A DNA stretch of 64,000 nucleotides from an uncultured Gammaproteobacteria bacterium (GTDB taxonomy: Bacteria; Patescibacteriota; Patescibacteriia; SBBC01; CAIJZX01): assembly GCA_964383765.1 (NCBI GenBank), contig CAYLHT010000001.1:36998-100997 (forward strand). Direction: 5' to 3'. The notes under the pieces are model-generated. The model was not told the origin of the DNA and made no database searches. It saw only the letters and a program-made list of their open reading frames with translations. Position 1 is the stretch's first letter. The number at the start of each line of letters is the position of its first letter. Shown piece after piece: positions 58,676 to 64,000 of this stretch. The translations under genes and the position numbers were made by a program.

Positions 58676-59604
58676 GCGATACACAAACCTTAGTTGTGCC
58701 GGCTGATCGTCAGCCAGTGCGGCTGGATGTTTTTTTGGTTGAACACGCAGACTTGTCTCGTTCGCAACTCCAAAAGAAAATCAAAGCCGGCCACATTTCC
58801 GTCAACGACAAATCCGTGAAAGCCCATCACCTGGTTCATCCGGGTGACGTGGTCGCGATTGAAGGGTTAGAAGTTCCGGTTCATGCCGAAGCCAAATCAA
58901 TGGATGGATTGGAACCAGAAATTTTACTTGAGAATAATGAATATCTAGTCGTCAACAAGCCGGCTGGACTGGTCGTGCACGGTGGTCTAGGGATTCATGA
59001 ACGGACATTAGCGGATTGGGCGGTTGAGCACGATCCGAAAATCGCGGAGGTTGGTGATCAACCCAAACAACGACCGGGCATTGTCCATCGTCTCGACCGT
59101 GATGTCTCAGGCGTAATGGTGATTGCGAAAACACAGGATGTTTTCAACGATCTCAAAACGCAATTTCAAGATCATTCGATCACCAAAGAGTATCTGGCGC
59201 TGGTCTACGGTCGCGTCGTGGATCAGGCTGGACGGATTGATTTTGCAATTGCGCGGAAAGCAGACAAATCCGGACTGATGGTGGCGCGACCGAAGTCGCA
59301 GGAAGGAAAGTCGGCAGAGACGTTGTTTCATGTTGAGCGCTATGTGAAGGGCAATACGCTGGTTCGCGTCCAGACGCTGACCGGCCGCTCGCACCAAATC
59401 CGCGTGCATTTCAAAGCTATTGGTCATCCGCTCGTTGGCGATCCACTGTACCGTGTCCGCAAGCTGAAAATCCATAAACTGACGCCACCGCGGCTGTGTT
59501 TGCACGCCACCAAGTTAGAATTTGATGATCTTGGTGGACAACGAATGAAATTTGAAGCCCCGCTGCCGAAAGACTTGGCGCAGTTTTTGGCGCGGGCGGG
59601 GTAA
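58660..59604 (+). CDS. rluD: RluA-family 23S rRNA pseudouridine synthase (RluD-like, S4 domain)
   Basis: N-terminal S4 domain (RLDVFL...SRSQLQKKIKAGHISVN) and catalytic motif HRLDRDVSGVMVIAK. Confidence 0.85.
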   Translation: MVEPMSDTQTLVVPADRQPVRLDVFLVEHADLSRSQLQKKIKAGHISVNDKSVKAHHLVHPGDVVAIEGLEVPVHAEAKSMDGLEPEILLENNEYLVVNKPAGLVVHGGLGIHERTLADWAVEHDPKIAEVGDQPKQRPGIVHRLDRDVSGVMVIAKTQDVFNDLKTQFQDHSITKEYLALVYGRVVDQAGRIDFAIARKADKSGLMVARPKSQEGKSAETLFHVERYVKGNTLVRVQTLTGRSHQIRVHFKAIGHPLVGDPLYRVRKLKIHKLTPPRLCLHATKLEFDDLGGQRMKFEAPLPKDLAQFLARAG

Positions 59605-59610
59605 GACTGT

Positions 59611-59682
59611 CACTCCACCCCCTCGGCTGCGCCGGTCCCCCTCCTCTGAATTCAGAGGAGGGGGACGATGGGGGGAGGAGTG
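59611..59682. repeat. nested palindromic MITE-like element, copy C (intergenic, 7 nt after the rluD stop)
   Basis: CACTCCACCCCC..GTCCCCCTCCTCTGaattCAGAGGAGGGGGAC..GGGGGGAGGAGTG; the inner 14-nt arms are perfect. The right arm forms AGAGGAGGGGG-ACG-ATG (an SD plus start) for ORF 59668-59934. Confidence 0.7.
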
Positions 59683-60074
59683 AAGAAACACCCGGTGTTG
59701 ACCAGGCAAGTTAAGCCTGGTAGCGTTTGGACGCACTGGAAGGCTCTTAGTTGCTTGGTCAACCCAAGCTCACAACGCGAAGGAGTGAACATGATCCCAC
59801 GGGCGGTTGCAACCACAGGAATCGGCTACACTCTCCTCGTTGGAGTTCTAGAAGGACTTCGATGGTTGGCCAAACGGTTGTGGCCACAGGAGGTAACCAA
59901 GCATGACATCGCAAAATGCACCTCCCAGAAGTGAAGGACTAGGGAAGCCGATCATCTTAATGCTCATCGTGCTGGCTCTCGGGATAGGATTCGCTCTGTT
60001 CCTCAACGAGCTCGATCACAACCGAAAGCCTGGAGTCACACACCACCAACCATTCCTGCCGTAAGGAGGGATGT

Positions 60075-60341
60075 ATGAGTGCTGATGAAGGACCGGCGCC
60101 GGAAGAGTTTAGCCTCGAAGAGGTGTTTGGGAATTCGACCGAACGGGGACGTGGTAACTCGCGTTCCCAACCCGTCGATGAGATCCTCATACCTGTTTGG
60201 CTATCAGGTTTACTCAGCGGCTGCTCGATCCTGGCGTTCATCATTACGAGTCGCCCCTGGAAGATTCTCTGGGTGATCGCCTTCGCCCTGGGAGTGTACG
60301 GCCTCCTCTTCTTCGGCCGACTGCTCCCCCGCCGACCCTAA
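60075..60341 (+). CDS. small membrane protein (hypothetical)
   Basis: 88 aa with RBS AAGGAGGG 6 nt before the ATG and two TM helices. It is preceded by a 35-codon hydrophobic mini-ORF at 59958-60065. Confidence 0.45.
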   Translation: MSADEGPAPEEFSLEEVFGNSTERGRGNSRSQPVDEILIPVWLSGLLSGCSILAFIITSRPWKILWVIAFALGVYGLLFFGRLLPRRP

Positions 60342-60401
60342 CCCGGTTGGCCTTTTCTTGACCGGAAATCATTCTTTTGATAGAGTGCTTGAGCGAAATT
60401 T

Positions 60402-60710
60402 ATGTCCGACAACCAACGCACCCAACTCAAACCCGGCCAAACCGTCCGCGTCCACCAGAAAATTCAGGAAGGCGGAAAAGAACGTCTGCAGATGTTCGAA
60501 GGTTTGGTGATCGCGACGCGTCACGGCGCCGGTCCGACCGCGACGTTTACCGTCCGCAAAATCTCCGATGGGATCGGCGTTGAACGCATTTTCCCGCTGC
60601 ACTCGCCGATGATCGCGAAAGTTGACGTCGTCCGCTCGGCCAAAGTCCGGAAAGCCAAACTCTACCACCTGCGCGATCCAAAAGCGCGGCCGTTGAAGGA
60701 AAAGAAGTAG
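60402..60710 (+). CDS. rplS: 50S ribosomal protein L19
   Basis: ...[57 protein letters not shown] matches L19 closely. Confidence 0.9.
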   Translation: MSDNQRTQLKPGQTVRVHQKIQEGGKERLQMFEGLVIATRHGAGPTATFTVRKISDGIGVERIFPLHSPMIAKVDVVRSAKVRKAKLYHLRDPKARPLKEKK

Positions 60711-60934
60711 GCAAGTTAGCCAAATCAAACAATTTTCCACCGCCGGGACCTGGACAGTGGGAGGTTTTTGTGCAAGCATAACAACGTGAACCACTCGACG
60801 TTTATTCTTAGCCTGATTACCACCCCTCATCGAGGGCGCGGTCGCTGCTGAGCATAATCGTCTCCGACACCGCCGCCCTCGATGGGCGGTTGTTTGCATA
60901 TTGGACAGCTGCACTTTCAACATGGAGGTGACCC

Positions 60935-61129
60935 ATGTCACACCCCAATGCCGAACCGCAATGGATCGGTAAGCACACTCGAGTCAAGGAGAAAACTTGT
61001 TTCCGGGCCGACGATCCGAATGATGAGCCTGTGCCGGTTGAGGTATTTTTCTGCGAGACTTGTGGTGCTTGTGAAGAGACACGACACGAGTTGGTCAATG
61101 AACACCCGACGTGTCAAGCTGCAGCCTGA
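60935..61129 (+). CDS. small Cys-rich (zinc-ribbon-like) protein
   Basis: 64 aa with RBS GGAGGTGA before ATG, cysteines C22/C40/C43/C46/C60 (CETCGAC), and a terminator at 61134-61163. Confidence 0.45.
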   Translation: MSHPNAEPQWIGKHTRVKEKTCFRADDPNDEPVPVEVFFCETCGACEETRHELVNEHPTCQAAA

Positions 61130-61219
61130 TTGAACACCCACCTTGGTAACAGGGTGGTTTTTCTATTTTCCTCTCTTGCCAAACAGTAAAAAAACTGACA
61201 CAATCTGTCCCTGTGACAG

Positions 61220-61308
61220 GCGGACGTGGCGGAACTTGGTATACGCGCCAGCTTGAGGGGCTGGTGGCCGCAAGGCCTTGGAGGTTCGAGTCCTCTCGTC
61301 CGCACCAA
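61220..61308 (+). tRNA. tRNA-Leu(GAG)
   Basis: Type II tRNA: GCGGACG acceptor, anticodon arm CCAGC-TTGAGGG-GCTGG, long variable arm TGGCCGCAAGGCCTT, T-arm GGAGG-TTCGAGT-CCTCT, CCA encoded. Confidence 0.85.
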
Positions 61309-61320
61309 GTCGCTCTTTCC

Positions 61321-61397
61321 GGACGATTAGCTCAGTTGGTTAGAGCGTCTCGTTTACACCGAGAAGGTCGTAGGTTCGAATCCTACATCGTCCACCA
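61321..61397 (+). tRNA. tRNA-Val(UAC)
   Basis: GGACGAT-TA-GCTCAGTTGGTTAGAGC-G-TCTCG-TTTACAC-CGAGA-AGGTC-GTAGG-TTCGAAT-CCTAC-ATCGTCC-A-CCA. Confidence 0.9.
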
Positions 61398-61416
61398 AAC
61401 ATGTTAAACTAAAAAC

Positions 61417-61659
61417 ATGAAGTGGCTGATCGCAATTGCCGTTATCGGTGTGGGTAGTCTGATGGTTATCAAAACTCAGTGGATCACGGATTTTACCGGA
61501 CCGATTGATTGGGCCGAACAACATCTCGGATCTGAGGGCGGGACACGACTTTTCATCAAACTCCTGGGCGTGATTCTGATCCTGGGCGCATTCCTTGGGG
61601 TGACGGGAATTCTGGGTGGATGGATTACTGGATTTTTTGGGGGGTTGGGACAGAGATAG
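61417..61659 (+). CDS. small membrane protein between tRNA genes (hypothetical)
   Basis: 80 aa with two TM helices and a glycine-zipper-like C-terminus; located between tRNA-Val and tRNA-Ala. Confidence 0.3.
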   Translation: MKWLIAIAVIGVGSLMVIKTQWITDFTGPIDWAEQHLGSEGGTRLFIKLLGVILILGAFLGVTGILGGWITGFFGGLGQR

Positions 61660-61663
61660 TATT

Positions 61664-61736
61664 GGGCCAGTAGCTCAGTTGGTAGAGCATCCGGTTTGCA
61701 TCCGGAAGGTCTGGGGTTCGAATCCCCACTGGTCCA
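61664..61736 (+). tRNA. tRNA-Ala(UGC)
   Basis: GGGCCAG-TA-GCTCAGTTGGTAGAGC-A-TCCGG-TTTGCAT-CCGGA-AGGTC-TGGGG-TTCGAAT-CCCCA-CTGGTCC-A; no CCA encoded. Confidence 0.9.
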
Positions 61737-61744
61737 CTAAAAAA

Positions 61745-62240
61745 ACACCCGGTCTCGGAGTCGTGTCGAGGATTATCCATCCAGGATGCACGACCCGAGG
61801 CCGGGGTTGGTGGAGCGACGCGCGAATGCCCGGAGAGCCGGGTAGGCTGTTATCCGTGCAAGCGCCAGTGGCGCTGCAATACGGGAGCCTTGAGCCTCGG
61901 CGATGGGCGCCGCCGCGAATGCGGCGGTCTAGTGCGCGGTATCAACTTGCGCGTGAGCGAGCCCAACGACATCGTCGTTGTGTTCCCTATTCGAGGGAAC
62001 CTATCGGTGTTTTGGGTGAATCTCAATTCACCGACTGGCTCTTGCGGCCTCACGCCGCGGCGGTACTCTTCTTCATGGCGACCTCCATGGTTGGCCAGAA
62101 AGCGGGCGCACTCCCAGGGTTGGGACTGCCCCGACAGTGAAGACTTTTTCAAGATGCCCGAGCAGTATACACCCTTTTCGGATTTTGTCAAGACGGGCTT
62201 GAAAATAATGCCCAAGTCAGCTATCCTTGCCAGGCAATTT
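61745..62240 (+). other. GC-rich, hairpin-dense, ORF-poor block between tRNA-Ala and tRNA-Phe; unassigned structured RNA candidate
   Basis: Contains the hairpins CCCGGTCTCGG...CCGAGGCCGGG (with inner GTCGTG/CACGAC), GCGCC-agt-GGCGC and CCGCCGC-gaat-GCGGCGG, plus the 12-mer CCGGGTAGGCTG and CTTGAGCC seen in bacterial RNase P RNA. The only ORFs here are low-complexity or span the tRNA. Confidence 0.25.
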
Positions 62241-62245
62241 TGATC

Positions 62246-62320
62246 GCCTGGGTAGCTCAGTGGTAGAGCGCAGCCCTGAAGAGGCTGGCGTCGTCAGTTC
62301 GATTCTGACCCCAGGCACCA
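62246..62320 (+). tRNA. tRNA-Phe(GAA)
   Basis: GCCTGGG-TA-GCTCAGTGGTAGAGC-G-CAGCC-CTGAAGA-GGCTG-GCGTC-GTCAG-TTCGATT-CTGAC-CCCAGGC-A-CCA. Confidence 0.9.
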
Positions 62321-62321
62321 C

Positions 62322-62397
62322 GGCCCGATAGCTCAATTGGTAGAGCAGCTGCCTCTTAAGCAGCGGGTTGCAGGTTCGAGTCCTGCTCGGGTCACCA
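62322..62397 (+). tRNA. tRNA-Lys(CUU)
   Basis: GGCCCGA-TA-GCTCAATTGGTAGAGC-A-GCTGC-CTCTTAA-GCAGC-GGGTT-GCAGG-TTCGAGT-CCTGC-TCGGGTC-A-CCA. Confidence 0.9.
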
Positions 62398-62460
62398 ACA
62401 ATATTTCAATTCACCAAAACACCCCGCTAGGCGGGGCGTTCGGTTGACATAATTCGAAAA

Positions 62461-62796
62461 CTACATGGCCGGAGCCATTGGTTCAGTCGGGGCGGCCGGA
62501 GTCGGAGCTGATGTCCCCATCATTTTCAAAGCGTCCTTGAGCGACTTACCAGCTTTGAATTTCGGCACGGTGACAGCCGGGATCTGGATTTTCTCGCCGG
62601 GCTTTTGTGGATTGACGCCCATGCGCGCTTCCCGTTTCTTGGCCATGAAGGTACCAAAACCAGTCAGGGTAACCTCCCCGCCGTCTTTCAAGGTCATGGT
62701 CACGGTTTCCTCAAAGGCGTTGAGCATGTCCTCAGCCTGTTTCTTGGTGACGCCGATTTTCTCCGCAACTTTTTCGGCCAATTCGATTTTGTTCAT
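62461..62796 (-). CDS. hup: DNA-binding protein HU with a short Ala/Pro-rich tail
   Basis: MNKIELAEKVAEKIGVTKKQAEDMLNAFEETV...GFGTFMAKKREARMGVNPQ.PGEKIQIPA is canonical HU. Confidence 0.9.
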   Translation of the reverse strand: MNKIELAEKVAEKIGVTKKQAEDMLNAFEETVTMTLKDGGEVTLTGFGTFMAKKREARMGVNPQKPGEKIQIPAVTVPKFKAGKSLKDALKMMGTSAPTPAAPTEPMAPAM

Positions 62797-62870
62797 ATGC
62801 TCACCTCCTTTTCCGGCAGAGCCGGACCCGGCTCTGCCGGACGACTCTGGTTGATAGATGATGAATAAAG

Positions 62871-63677
62871 TTAAACTCGGATATGTCGCGTAACTCGTTC
62901 AATCGTGACACCTCGCCCCTTCTCACTGGTGATCAGAACCGCATTGACCGTCACGTCCCCATGCTCCGGAATGTCGAAGTGGACGGATTGCTCGGTTAGG
63001 AAACGTTGCAAGGCCAAGTCTTTATCGACGCCCAGCGAGGAATCAGTCAGTCCAACCATGCCAACGTCGGTAATGTAGGCCGTGCCCTTCGGTAAGATCC
63101 GTTCATCAGCGGTTGGGACGTGGGTATGCGTGCCAATCACGGCGCTGACGTAGCCATCGAGGAGCCAACCCATCGCAACTTTTTCACTGGTAGCCTCGGC
63201 GTGCATGTCGACAATAATGGCGTCGACATCTTTTGGTAATTCCGATCGCATTTTCTGCATCATCGGAAAAGCACTGTCCACAGGCGCGGGATTGATTGCA
63301 AAAGAGCCCAATAAGTTTATCACCATGACTCGTTTTTGGCCAATCTGAAAGGTTTTTTGACCTTGGCCAGGTGTCCCGCGCTCGAGATTCAGCGGCCGCA
63401 CCAAAATATTCGGTTCCTCGGAAAATAATTCCTTGGCCTCAGGTTTGATAAAGGTGTGATTACCGCCGGTACCGATGTCCACGCCGGCCTCGATCACGTC
63501 CTGAAGGGTTGTTCGAGTTATTCCTGTGCCGTGTGCTAAGTTTTCTAGGTTGGCAATCACAACATCGGCGCCAAATTCCTGTCGGAGTTTTGGCGCTAAT
63601 GCCTTCAGCGCCAATCGCCCGGGTTTTCCGACAACATCGCCGAAGAACAGGATTTTCACACTACCGGGCGTATTCAA
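62871..63677 (-). CDS. ymdB: YmdB-family metallophosphoesterase (TIGR00282; 2',3'-cNMP phosphodiesterase)
   Basis: [13 protein letters not shown]...[12 protein letters not shown]...GNH motifs; follows rny as in the rny-ymdB operon. Confidence 0.85.
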   Translation of the reverse strand: MNTPGSVKILFFGDVVGKPGRLALKALAPKLRQEFGADVVIANLENLAHGTGITRTTLQDVIEAGVDIGTGGNHTFIKPEAKELFSEEPNILVRPLNLERGTPGQGQKTFQIGQKRVMVINLLGSFAINPAPVDSAFPMMQKMRSELPKDVDAIIVDMHAEATSEKVAMGWLLDGYVSAVIGTHTHVPTADERILPKGTAYITDVGMVGLTDSSLGVDKDLALQRFLTEQSVHFDIPEHGDVTVNAVLITSEKGRGVTIERVTRHIRV

Positions 63678-64000
63678 TCACGCGTTTTTCGCGAATGACC
63701 GTAACCTTAATCTCACCCGGATACTGGAGTTCAGCTTCGATTTTCTGGGCGATATCAGCGGCCAACTTGGTGGCGGCGAAGTCGTCGATTTGTTCAGGTT
63801 TAACGAAGACGCGGATTTCCCGTCCAGCTTGAATCGCAAAGGCGCGTTCGACACCGGGGAAACCTTTCGCCACGCTCTCAAGTTCATCGAGGCGTTGCAC
63901 GTAATTCTCATATGTCCCCTTGCGCGCTCCAGGTCGAGCGCCGGACAAAGCGTCAGCCGCTTTTACAACGCAACCCTCAACTGTACGTGGCGTGTCTTCA
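63661..64000 (-). CDS. rny: ribonuclease Y, C-terminal part (gene continues beyond the window end)
   Basis: ...[51 protein letters not shown]...[20 protein letters not shown] matches the conserved RNase Y C-terminus; overlaps ymdB by 17 nt. Confidence 0.8.
   Translation of the reverse strand, partial: EDTPRTVEGCVVKAADALSGARPGARKGTYENYVQRLDELESVAKGFPGVERAFAIQAGREIRVFVKPEQIDDFAATKLAADIAQKIEAELQYPGEIKVTVIREKRVIEYAR

Noticed and set aside
61616-62243. ORFs 61616-62140 (+), 61850-62215 (-) and 61890-62243 (+)
   Set aside because: The first runs straight through tRNA-Ala. All are Arg/Pro/Gly-rich with no motifs. The region is better explained as structured RNA.
61745-62245. RNase P RNA assignment based on the CCGGGTAGGCTG / CTTGAGCC match
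   Set aside because: In RNase P RNA these motifs lie about 290 nt from the 5' end, but here they are only about 90 nt after tRNA-Ala on the same strand. The P4 signature GGAAAGTCCGGGC was not found on either strand. It is kept only as an unassigned structured RNA.

Overview
The window reads as a small-genome, monoderm-like bacterium, possibly of candidate-phyla-radiation (CPR) type. The signals for that are a 16S rRNA with a large V1 insertion, compact housekeeping genes, a surface protein with an LAxTG sortase signal and a lone PilB-like ATPase.

Main content, in order:
- Coordinates 1-1600 hold the 3'-truncated 16S rRNA gene on the minus strand; the rest of the rRNA operon lies off-window.
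- Housekeeping genes include trmD, rpsP, a KH-domain protein, pilB-like, smc, rnc, nusB, rpmF, msrA, gyrA, rpsA, ftsH, rluD, rplS, hup, ymdB and the 3' part of rny.
- A cell-surface / glycosylation cluster (12.2-18.4 kb) contains a DUF3048 protein, a GT-C glycosyltransferase, a CSLREA beta-helix protein and an FkbM methyltransferase.
- A copper island (40.2-45.2 kb) contains copA, csoR with G-tract operator boxes, copZ and a membrane protein with a cupredoxin-like domain, next to a DsbA-VKOR disulfide module.
- There is a MacB-type ABC pair, two giant secreted proteins with internal tandem repeats, and nine tRNA genes in two clusters.

The most unusual signals are all non-coding or structural:
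- (i) An apparently intact tRNA-Val(UAC) gene is split after anticodon nucleotide 36 by a 103-nt insert that carries a complete tRNA with anticodon UAU at the tip of a flanking stem. A second locus holds a complete tRNA-Val(GAC) sitting inside a degenerate tRNA-Val(GAC) copy interrupted at the same position.
- (ii) A family of nested palindromic MITE-like elements (core CCCCCTCCTCT..AGAGGAGGGGG) occurs three times: in-frame inside copA, in-frame inside an ABC ATPase gene, and intergenic, where it supplies an SD and ATG.
- (iii) Two divergent small membrane-protein genes each carry a near-identical promoter, leader hairpin and terminator.
- (iv) Two GC-rich ORF-free structured regions look like unassigned RNAs. 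One carries a perfect 14-nt complement of the 16S 3' tail followed by a strong terminator. The other is a 500-nt block between tRNA-Ala and tRNA-Phe.

I found no CRISPR array, integrase or transposase.
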